Assembly: GCA_034722055.1 (NCBI GenBank)
Contig: JAYENL010000097.1
Coordinates: forward strand, 1 to 11,134
Length of the DNA stretch: 11,134 nucleotides
Source: Armatimonadota bacterium
GTDB taxonomy: Bacteria > Armatimonadota > Zipacnadia > Zipacnadales > UBA5352
Direction: 5' to 3'
A program made the translations under genes and the position numbers. The notes below the pieces were generated by a model. That model was not told where the DNA came from. It saw only the letters and a program-made list of their open reading frames with translations, and did not search any database. Numbering within the stretch: position 1 is the first letter of the stretch; every line of letters begins with the position of its first letter. Of the stretch, positions 1 through 6,920 are shown one piece after another.

Positions 1-228
1 CCCCTGCCCCGGGTACATCGCGTCGCCGCTTTGCTCAAACGCTGGATACTGGGTACTCATCAGGGCGCCATCCGATCCTCACACCTGGATTACTACCTGG
101 ACGAGTTTACGTTCCGCTTCAACCGCCGCACGTCGCGTTCGCGGGGCAAGCTCTTCTACCGGCTGCTGCAGCACGCGGTGGCCATCGATCCGGTGCCGGG
201 CGATCAGCTCCGAGGCGGCGCGATCTGA
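1..228 (+). CDS. IS1595-family (ISXO2-like DDE) transposase, C-terminal part; 5' end lies outside the window
   Basis: Frame 1 is open from base 1: PLPRVHRVAALLKRWILGTHQGAIRSSHLDYYLDEFTFRFNRR...GKLFYRLLQHAV, the characteristic IS1595 C-terminus (HL..YLDEF.FRFNRR); stop TGA at 226-228. Confidence 0.93.
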   Translation, partial: PLPRVHRVAALLKRWILGTHQGAIRSSHLDYYLDEFTFRFNRRTSRSRGKLFYRLLQHAVAIDPVPGDQLRGGAI

Positions 229-255
229 GCCGCCAACCCACCAATCCAGCATCAA

Positions 256-276
256 CCTGAGTCAACCGGATAGCCC
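256..276 (-). repeat. Putative right terminal inverted repeat (IRR) of the IS1595 element
   Basis: The reverse complement GGGCTATCCGGTTGACTCAGG begins with a GGCTATC-type end as recalled for ISSod11-group elements. The left IR is outside the window, so pairing cannot be confirmed. Confidence 0.65.
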
Positions 277-293
277 TATATTCTTATCTTCTG

Positions 294-319
294 TGGAATT
301 GTGTTATGAAATCGAGAAT
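294..319 (+). promoter_or_regulatory. Candidate sigma-H-like promoter for the large secreted protein (TGGA-N18-GAAT)
   Basis: TGGA 294-297 and GAAT 316-319 with an 18-nt spacer, the same geometry as other sites in the window, in an AT-rich patch upstream of ATG 402. Confidence 0.35.
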
Positions 320-401
320 CCCGGCCTGGCTGCAACGCCGGCCCGCGTACGGGCACGACATCTCACGCGCATCAGCAAGTCGGGAGACGGAGGCGATGGT
401 C

Positions 402-3400
402 ATGACACGACGCGTCTTCGGGACCGTTGTGTGGTTGGCGGCAGGTGTCCTGATGCTGGCCGGACTCTGGCCCGCAGTCGCCGACGTGGAGCCGAACAAC
501 GAGAGGCATCACGCCGAACAGATCCAGCCCGGGTCCCACGAGGGGCATGTGGGTGCCGACGAGGATGAGGTGGACTGGTACGGCTTCGCAGTCCGTGGCG
601 GAGACATCATGCACGTGAGCATGACGATGGTGGAGGGCGGCGCGGATGTGGAGATGCGCCTCCGGGACCACGAGGGGTCGGGGCTGGAGAGTGTGCGGCC
701 CGAGGGGAAGCCTGAGCTGACCGTCATCACCCGCGTCGAGCTGGGCGAGCGGACGTGGTACCTGGAGGTGAGCGACGAGGGGCCGTACCAATTCGCCCTC
801 CAGATCACCCACCAGAACGACGCCGGACAGGGCCAGGACGCCCCGAAGGAGCGAGACCAGGCCCTGGCGATCCAGCCGGGCGAGACCGAGGGGCTGCTGG
901 GGGATGACGATGAGTACGACGCCTACAGCTTCGCCGTGCAGGGCGGCGACATCGTTCACGTCACCATAGCTGACGTCGTCGGTGGCGCGGACGTGGACCT
1001 GCACCTGCTCAACCAGGAGGGTGGCGGCCTGGACACTGTGCGGCCCGAGGGGGACGCCGAGGTCACCGTGATCACCCCCGCCGAGCTGGGCGAGCAGACC
1101 TGGTACCTCGTGGCCTACGACGAGGGGCCGTATCAGTTCACCCTCGAGATCACGCACCAGGACGACGCCGGCCAGGGCCGGGACGCGCCGGGGGAGCGCG
1201 ACCAGGCTCTGGCGATCCAGCCGGGCGTGACCAAGGGGCTGCTCGGCGATGATGACGAGTTCGATAGCTACAGCTTCGCGGTCCACGGCGGCGACATCGT
1301 GCGCGTCACCATAGCCGACGTGGTCGGCGGCGCGGACGTGGAGCTGCACCTGCTCAATCAGGAGGGTGGCGGTCTGGCGACCGTGCGGCCCGAGGAGGAG
1401 TCCGAGGTGACCTGGCTCACTCCCACGGAACTGGGCGAGCAGACCTGGTATCTCAGCGCGTACGGTGAGGGGCCCTATCGCTTCACCCTCCAGGTCGTCC
1501 CCCAGGACGACGCCGGACAGGGCACGGACGCACCGGAGGCCCGCCACCGGGCGCTTCAGGTCCAGCCCGGAGAGATTCGCGGAAGCGTCGGCGATGACGA
1601 CGAGTGGGACTGCTACGGCTTTGAGGTAGCACCGGGGCAGACCGTAGAGGTTACGCTGACCGCGGACTTCGCACGCTTCGACCGGGAGATGAACTGGGTC
1701 GAGGCCACCGTCAGAGACGCCGAGGGCAGTGGAAAGGGCGGGCTGCGCAGCGCCGGCGCCGCACAGCCCGACACCTTCCGCGAGGGACCCCTGGAGATCG
1801 AGCAGCCTCAGCAGTGGACCGTCACGGTGGGGTGGGAGGGAGACTACGTCATCGATCTGCGGATCATCGGCGCGGAGGGCGCCGACCTGCAGCGCGTCGA
1901 GCAGGTCTCGGCGATCGACTGGGAGGTGCTGACCCCGGTCGAGGACCAGCAGGTGCAGGTCGAGCCCGAGGAGGAGACCACGGAGCAGCGCCCGGTGACG
2001 CACGAGGTCGAGGAGGCGGAGCCAGCCCAGCAGCCGATCGAGGCAGAGGAGGGGGAGGCGCCCATCGAGGCGGAGGAGGGCGAGACGCCGGTGGAGGACC
2101 TGCAGCCGGTGGAGGGTCCCGTGTACGCGCGGCTGGTGCTGGACTCGGTCTACTGTCGCAGCGAATCCGAGGTGGATCGAGCCACGGATTCCGACGAGCC
2201 GTACTTCATCATCAGCGGCTATGCGACGCACCGGGAGCCCGCGGCGTGGTCCACGGGCGAGCCCAAGGTATTCAGCGATGTTGACGACCACGAGAACCGC
2301 CGCTTCGAGGAGCCGCAGCGGGTGGTCTTTGAGGGCGAGGTGCCCGAGGGCTGTCGGCTCGGGTTCACGGTGCTGGCTATGGAGAGCGACGACTGGTCGT
2401 CAGAGACGAGGGCGAGGCTGGCGCAGCGTGTCGCCGAGCAGACCAGGCTCGCGGTCACGGGGTCGGCCGAGGCAGCCATCTCCGAGGATCTTGGGGGGGA
2501 GAGCATGTGGGAGCAGCCCGAGACGGTCGGCTGGGACCCCATCACCTACCTGGCGAGCTGGTACCTCGACAACCTCGGTGAGCTGATAAACTGGCTGGTC
2601 GGCGACGACGACCGTGTGGCCTCCGCCGGGGTGAACCTCTCCCACGATGAGATTGCGACCTGGCGCGGGCGGAGCCTGGTCCGGGACATGCCTACGGTCG
2701 TCCTCGACGGCGGCGATGAGGGCCATTACGGCATCCGCTGGCACATCGAGTTCGAGCCGGACCTCACCCGTACTATTGAGGCGCGCTTCACGCGTTGGGA
2801 TGAGCTGGCGGTGGGTAACCTGGTCGGCGGCCCCGAGGCCGAGATACTGACCGCCTGCGATGACGACGCCTCGGGCGACAACGGGAAGTTCCGCGTCCAC
2901 AGCGGCGAGGGCAATCTGCTGGGGTCATTCGAGGCGTTCTTCACGCACTACGACCACGTTGCCGTAGGCGACGTGATGGGAACCGGCCACGATCAGGTCG
3001 TGGTGGCGTCGGACGACCACGGTGGGATGGTCAACATCTACACCGCCGCCGGCCAGCAGCTCTACAGCTTCCCGGCGTCCTTCGACCACTACTACGGCCT
3101 GGCGGTAGGCAACGTCCTCGGAGACGCCAGGGACGACATCCTGATCGCCCGGTGGCGTGATGAGACCGTCGCTGTCTTTGACGGCCATGGTGAGGAACTG
3201 AGCTCGTTCACGGTGCCGTGGGACTTCCGGGGAACGCGTTACACCGATGACACCACGCGGCACGACGCCTTTCTGGTCGGGAACGTGGTGGGGGACGAAC
3301 ACGCGGAGATCGTGATGATCGAGAACAATGGCGGCCGCGACAGCGTGCTGTTCATCTACGACTCGGGGGGCAACGCGCAGCCAGTCAATGACGCCGAGGT

Positions 3401-3668
3401 CTTCTTCACCAGGTTTGACGCCGCCGCCCTGGCCGACATCGACGGCGACGGGAAGTGCGAACTGCTGCTGGCAGCGGACACAGGCACCGGCGGGCCCGGC
3501 TGTTACATCGACGTCCACGAGCTGCCATCCGGCTCAAAGTCGGAGATCAGAGACTGGCCCATCCTGACCAGGTGCGATGGCTTCGCCGCGGGCGACGTCA
3601 TGAGCGTGGGAGCCGACCAGATCATCGTGGCCACCGACGAGGACGACCGCATCTATGTGACCAGGTAG
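402..3668 (+). CDS. Large secreted acidic multidomain protein: signal peptide, 4x PPC-like repeats, Pro/Glu linker, C2-like domain, FG-GAP/integrin-alpha-like repeat domain
   Basis: ORF 306..3668; best start is ATG 402 (GGAGG at 389-393, 8-nt spacing). N-terminus MTRRVFG-hydrophobic-AVA|DVEPNN is a signal peptide followed by an ExEPN-type motif. Repeats carry DDDExDxYxFxVxGG and GPYxFxL; C-terminal repeats have the form hAVG(N/D)hhGxxxx(E/D/Q)hhhA. Confidence 0.88.
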   Translation: MTRRVFGTVVWLAAGVLMLAGLWPAVADVEPNNERHHAEQIQPGSHEGHVGADEDEVDWYGFAVRGGDIMHVSMTMVEGGADVEMRLRDHEGSGLESVRPEGKPELTVITRVELGERTWYLEVSDEGPYQFALQITHQNDAGQGQDAPKERDQALAIQPGETEGLLGDDDEYDAYSFAVQGGDIVHVTIADVVGGADVDLHLLNQEGGGLDTVRPEGDAEVTVITPAELGEQTWYLVAYDEGPYQFTLEITHQDDAGQGRDAPGERDQALAIQPGVTKGLLGDDDEFDSYSFAVHGGDIVRVTIADVVGGADVELHLLNQEGGGLATVRPEEESEVTWLTPTELGEQTWYLSAYGEGPYRFTLQVVPQDDAGQGTDAPEARHRALQVQPGEIRGSVGDDDEWDCYGFEVAPGQTVEVTLTADFARFDREMNWVEATVRDAEGSGKGGLRSAGAAQPDTFREGPLEIEQPQQWTVTVGWEGDYVIDLRIIGAEGADLQRVEQVSAIDWEVLTPVEDQQVQVEPEEETTEQRPVTHEVEEAEPAQQPIEAEEGEAPIEAEEGETPVEDLQPVEGPVYARLVLDSVYCRSESEVDRATDSDEPYFIISGYATHREPAAWSTGEPKVFSDVDDHENRRFEEPQRVVFEGEVPEGCRLGFTVLAMESDDWSSETRARLAQRVAEQTRLAVTGSAEAAISEDLGGESMWEQPETVGWDPITYLASWYLDNLGELINWLVGDDDRVASAGVNLSHDEIATWRGRSLVRDMPTVVLDGGDEGHYGIRWHIEFEPDLTRTIEARFTRWDELAVGNLVGGPEAEILTACDDDASGDNGKFRVHSGEGNLLGSFEAFFTHYDHVAVGDVMGTGHDQVVVASDDHGGMVNIYTAAGQQLYSFPASFDHYYGLAVGNVLGDARDDILIARWRDETVAVFDGHGEELSSFTVPWDFRGTRYTDDTTRHDAFLVGNVVGDEHAEIVMIENNGGRDSVLFIYDSGGNAQPVNDAEVFFTRFDAAALADIDGDGKCELLLAADTGTGGPGCYIDVHELPSGSKSEIRDWPILTRCDGFAAGDVMSVGADQIIVATDEDDRIYVTR
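483..1870 (+). repeat. Four tandem intragenic repeats, 345-nt (115-aa) period, PPC-like domains
   Basis: Q(N/D)DAGQG.DAP anchors recur in register at 810, 1155 and 1500 (exact 345-nt spacing). Units 2 and 3 are visibly close at DNA level; units 1 and 4 are more diverged. Confidence 0.9.
2034..2087 (+). repeat. 27-nt tandem duplication (PIEAEEGEA / PIEAEEGET) in an acidic linker
   Basis: ccgatcgaggcagaggagggggaggcg followed by cccatcgaggcggaggagggcgagacg. Confidence 0.85.
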
Positions 3669-3731
3669 CCGGCGGCTCCGGTCAGGCCGACGCGGGGGCA
3701 AGGCATGCGTCCGTTGGACGCCGGGCACGGC

Positions 3732-4370
3732 TCAGCTCTCGGCGACGAACCGCGCCAGGCAGTCCACCATCATGCAGATGGCGGCCGAGCCCGGGTCGGG
3801 GACTCCGATGCTCTTCTCCTTCAGCCACCCGCCCCGGCCGTGCTGCGCCTCCATCTGCTTGGTGTCCTCCAGGGCCTGAAGGCAGGTCTCGTGCGCTGCC
3901 CTGGCGGCGTCGGGAAGGCTGCTGCCCGCCGCGACCTGCTTTTCCAGCTCCTCCGCCATGGGCAGGATGACATCGAGGATGGTCTTCTCCCCGGGCTTGG
4001 CGCCGCCGCGGGCGCTGACGCCCGATCCGGCGGCTTCCAGCATGCCGGGAAGGTCCGCCACCTCAATCTCGGCCTTCCCCTTGATGTGCTTCCCGGCGCT
4101 CATCAGGGCGGTGGCGAAGATGGCTCCGAAGGTGGAGGCGGCGGCGCGGTTGAAGTTCATCCCGCTGTTGGCAAGGACCCCCCCCGGCTCCTCGCCCTCC
4201 AGCTCGGGCAGACCATCTCCGATGGCCTTCATGCCGATGGCGATGGTCACCCCCAGGTCGCCGTCGCCGATCTGCGCGTCGAGCTCGCGCAGCTTCTCCT
4301 TGTGCTGTGGCATCTCGTCGGCGAGCATCTCCAGAAAGGCGATGACGTCGCCGCCGTCGAGCTTCTCCAT
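3732..4370 (-). CDS. dhaL: Dihydroxyacetone kinase-family subunit L (Dak2, nucleotide-binding)
   Basis: Motifs LDAQIGDGDLG, GGAKPGEKTILD and HGRGGWL..KSIGVPDPGS. Start ATG at 4370 with GGAAGGGAG RBS upstream; 212 aa; directly downstream of dhaK. Confidence 0.92.
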   Translation of the reverse strand: MEKLDGGDVIAFLEMLADEMPQHKEKLRELDAQIGDGDLGVTIAIGMKAIGDGLPELEGEEPGGVLANSGMNFNRAAASTFGAIFATALMSAGKHIKGKAEIEVADLPGMLEAAGSGVSARGGAKPGEKTILDVILPMAEELEKQVAAGSSLPDAARAAHETCLQALEDTKQMEAQHGRGGWLKEKSIGVPDPGSAAICMMVDCLARFVAES

Positions 4371-4431
4371 CAGATGACTCCCTTCCGACTCGGTTGAGGC
4401 TTGGTGCGCCGTCGGCTCTGCCGCGGGCCGG

Positions 4432-5439
4432 CTACTGGGGCCACTGCGGCAGGAAGGGCGAGTAGGCCGGCGCGTCAAGGAGGCGCTTGAGGTCGCCAGC
4501 CAGCTTCAGCAGGCTCACCGACGCCCCGGCCATCTCCATCGATGTGGCGTACTCGCCGACGTAGGGCCGGTAGACGTCGATGCCGGCCTCGTCGAGATTG
4601 TGCTTCACGCGGCGGTACATCACGAACAGCTCCTCGGGCGGCGTGGCGCCCAGGCTGTTGACCAGCACCGCCACCTCGTCCCCGCTCTCGAAGGGCAGGT
4701 CCGGCAGGATGGTGGCCACCATCTCGTCAACGACCTCGTCGGCGGGCCGGATCTCGCCCCGCCGCAAACCGGGCTCGCCGTGGATGCCCATGCCCAGCTC
4801 CATCTCGTCCTCACCGATCTCGAAGGTGGGCTCGCCGGCCGCCGGGATGGTGCACGGCGTGAGGGCCACGCCCATGGAGCGGGTGTTGAAGATGGCCTCG
4901 TCGGCGGCCTCCTTGACCTCCTGGAGGCTGGCGCCCTCCTCGGCCCGGGCGCCGGCGATCTTGTAGGCGAAGAACAGCCCCGCCACCGCCCGGCGCTTGT
5001 CCATCTCCGCCACCGGCGCGGAGACCACATCGTCCTTGACCAGCGAGGTCTCCACCTCGATATCCTCCATCTGAGCCATCTCCGCGGCCATGCCGAAGTT
5101 CATGACGTCCCCGGAGTAGTTCCCGTAGAGGTGCAGCACGCCGACCCCGCCATGGGCCTCCGTGGTCGCCGCGAGCATATCGTCGGGTGAGGGCGAGGAG
5201 AAGACGTTCCCGATGGACACCGCGTCCAGCAGGCCCGGGCCGACGTACCCCAGGAAGACCGGGATATGCCCCGCGCCCCCACCGGTCACGATGCTGACCT
5301 TGCCCTCCACCGGCCCGTCGGCGCGCATCAGGGCCCGGTCGCTGCCCTCGCAGCGTTTGAGGTGATCCGGCCAGGCGGCCAGGATGCCCTCAATGGTCTC
5401 GTCCACGAACTCGAACGGGTCGTTGATCAGCTTCTTCAC
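4432..5439 (-). CDS. dhaK: Dihydroxyacetone kinase-family subunit K (Dak1)
   Basis: (M)KKLINDP N-terminus, GGGAGHIP, GNVFSSPS, NYSGDVMNF, ELGMGIHGEPG, YATSMEMAGASVS. GTG start at 5439 with GGAGG upstream; 335 aa. Confidence 0.93.
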   Translation of the reverse strand: MKKLINDPFEFVDETIEGILAAWPDHLKRCEGSDRALMRADGPVEGKVSIVTGGGAGHIPVFLGYVGPGLLDAVSIGNVFSSPSPDDMLAATTEAHGGVGVLHLYGNYSGDVMNFGMAAEMAQMEDIEVETSLVKDDVVSAPVAEMDKRRAVAGLFFAYKIAGARAEEGASLQEVKEAADEAIFNTRSMGVALTPCTIPAAGEPTFEIGEDEMELGMGIHGEPGLRRGEIRPADEVVDEMVATILPDLPFESGDEVAVLVNSLGATPPEELFVMYRRVKHNLDEAGIDVYRPYVGEYATSMEMAGASVSLLKLAGDLKRLLDAPAYSPFLPQWPQ

Positions 5440-5483
5440 GGGCGGCGCCTCCCGCGTGCAGCGCTGTGTGCTCGCCATGTAGC

Positions 5484-5513
5484 GTTCGCGACCGGGCTCA
5501 ATCGACCTCCTGC
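5484..5513 (-). promoter_or_regulatory. Candidate sigma-H-like promoter for dhaKL (GCAGGAGGT...GAAC; AGGT-N17-GAAC)
   Basis: On the minus strand AGGT (5508-5505) and GAAC (5487-5484) are 17 nt apart, about 45 nt upstream of the dhaK start. Confidence 0.4.
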
Positions 5514-5519
5514 CGGCGA

Positions 5520-5546
5520 CAGGTGCAGCGCCGTCGGAGGGCGAAT
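5520..5546 (+). promoter_or_regulatory. Candidate sigma-H-like promoter for the TPR gene (CAGGT-N18-GAAT)
   Basis: AGGT 5521-5524 and GAAT 5543-5546, about 45 nt upstream of ATG 5591. Confidence 0.45.
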
Positions 5547-5590
5547 GGGCGCCGTGCAGCGGGGGAATGCCTGGAGCGGAGGTGGCGGAA

Positions 5591-6634
5591 ATGCGTGTGA
5601 TGGCCATCGCCTGCCTGCTGTCCCTGGCTGCCGGCGTCACGTCCGAACTGACGCTGCAGCAGCGAATCGAGATCCTGTGGGAGCGCGCCGACCGGCAGAT
5701 CGACTTCCAGAAGTACGACGACGCCCTCGCCACCGGACCCCGCGCCGTGGAGATCGCGCCGGAGAGCGCCGAGGCGTGGGCGCTGCTGTCATTCGCGCGC
5801 TGGATGCACCCCGACGTGCCGGACTCGAAGGCCGGAGACGCCGCCCTGGAGGCCGTGGGGCTGGACGCCGACTGCGCCCTCGCCCACTACACGCTGGGCC
5901 TGGCGAACTGGGCCGACGATCAGCTCGAGGACGCGGTGGAGCTGGACCCGAGGCTGGCGCGGGCCTGGTCGATGCTGGGCCTGGCGCGGCTGGACTGCGG
6001 TGACCCAGAGGGGGCATTGCAGGCACTGCGACGGGCTGTCGAGGTCGAGCCGGACTACTACGAGTCGCACATGAACCTGGCGGAGGGCCTCAGCGCGGCG
6101 GGCGAGTTCGACGAGGCCATCCAGGCGGCGCTGCGCTCGGTGGATCTGTCGCCCTCACCGCAGGCCGAGGCCCTCACGCGCAATAACGTGGCGTGGACGA
6201 TCTGCCTGGCGCGCTACGTGGACCCCTTCCTGGTCCAGACCGCCGTCGATCACGCACAGCGGGCGGTGGAGCTTGCGCCCCAAGATCCCTACTACTGGGA
6301 TACCCTGGGCAGCGTGCTGGTGCTCTTCCGCGATCCCGCTGACGCCGAGGAGGCCCTGCGCGCGGCCATCGCGCTGGAGCACACCTCCCAGCCCACCCTG
6401 GCCTACGCGCTGGCGCGCCAGGATCGGGACGCTGAGGCGCGCGAGCTGCTGAGCGGCGTCTCGCACTTCCTCATCTCGCGCGACGCCAGCCCCCATCACG
6501 TCCACTTCGCGGCCAAGGCCTGGGCGGAGCTTGGCGAGACGGAGGTCGCGCGGCGCGCCTTCGACTTCGCCGTTCGCCGCTGGCCTGAGCACCCGTGGGC
6601 CGATGAGGCTCGGGCGTGGTTGGACGCGAACTGA
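5591..6634 (+). CDS. Tetratricopeptide-repeat (TPR) protein with probable signal peptide
   Basis: Repeated TPR signatures (AVEIAPESAEAW, AVELDPRLARAWSMLG, AVEVEPDYYESHMNLA, AVELAPQDPYYWDTLG). ATG 5591 has GGAGG 8 nt upstream; N-terminus MRVMAIACLLSLAAGVTS is hydrophobic. Confidence 0.88.
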   Translation: MRVMAIACLLSLAAGVTSELTLQQRIEILWERADRQIDFQKYDDALATGPRAVEIAPESAEAWALLSFARWMHPDVPDSKAGDAALEAVGLDADCALAHYTLGLANWADDQLEDAVELDPRLARAWSMLGLARLDCGDPEGALQALRRAVEVEPDYYESHMNLAEGLSAAGEFDEAIQAALRSVDLSPSPQAEALTRNNVAWTICLARYVDPFLVQTAVDHAQRAVELAPQDPYYWDTLGSVLVLFRDPADAEEALRAAIALEHTSQPTLAYALARQDRDAEARELLSGVSHFLISRDASPHHVHFAAKAWAELGETEVARRAFDFAVRRWPEHPWADEARAWLDAN

Positions 6635-6713
6635 GCAGCGTCGGAACGCCGCAGCCAGCCTCAGACAGGCCCGCCCTCGGCACCGCGGGGACCACCACCG
6701 GACGCTCAAGCAC

Positions 6714-6736
6714 GTAGGGCAGACTCCAGCCTGCCC
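6714..6736 (+). repeat. REP-like element (GTAG plus imperfect palindrome)
   Basis: GTAGGGCAGAC-TCCA-GCCTGCCC: stem GGGCAGAC/GCCTGCCC with one mismatch, 4-nt loop, starting with GTAG, in an intergenic region. Only one copy was seen in the window. Confidence 0.45.
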
Positions 6737-6920
6737 GCCGTTGCCGCCAGTTGCCGCTCGTCGCTGGCCGCCTGTCGCCACCCCGTGCAGACGCCGCGAC
6801 GGATCGCTCTTCATGCGCTCCCGCCCGCGTGACGCCATGCCACAACCAGGCAGGAGCCCGGGCCATAGGCGTCAAAACTCTTAACCACGCCGAGGGATCT
6901 GGCCGCAGGGAGGCGTCACA

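Larger units (their letters stand above)
1..276 (+). mobile_element. Right end of an IS1595-family insertion sequence (ISSod11-like group)
   Basis: The transposase 3' end is followed by CCTGAGTCAACCGGATAGCCC and then an abrupt switch to AT-rich sequence (tatattcttatctt), consistent with AT-rich IS1595 targets. The exact end could be off by 1-3 nt. Confidence 0.8.

Noticed and set aside
306..401. Upstream ATG 306 start for the large ORF
   Set aside because: No RBS, and it would bury the signal peptide; ATG 402 has a well-spaced GGAGG.
810..1540. Regularly spaced repeats as a possible CRISPR array or DGR template/variable pair
   Set aside because: The period is 345 nt and in frame within a gene; differences are largely synonymous and not adenine-specific; no cas or reverse transcriptase gene in the window.
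372..2291. 639-aa minus-strand ORF
   Set aside because: Antisense shadow of the large gene; it mirrors the repeats and has no family motifs. Long stop-free antisense frames are common at high GC.
3707..3721. Hairpin GCGTCC-GTT-GGACGC between convergent genes as an intrinsic terminator
   Set aside because: Short stem with no U-tract on either strand.
3705..4397. 230-aa plus-strand ORF
   Set aside because: Antisense to dhaL, with no independent motifs.
5440..5733. 98-aa N-terminal extension of DhaK in the ORF track
   Set aside because: It overlaps the divergent TPR gene; the family N-terminus (KKLIND) and an RBS support GTG 5439.
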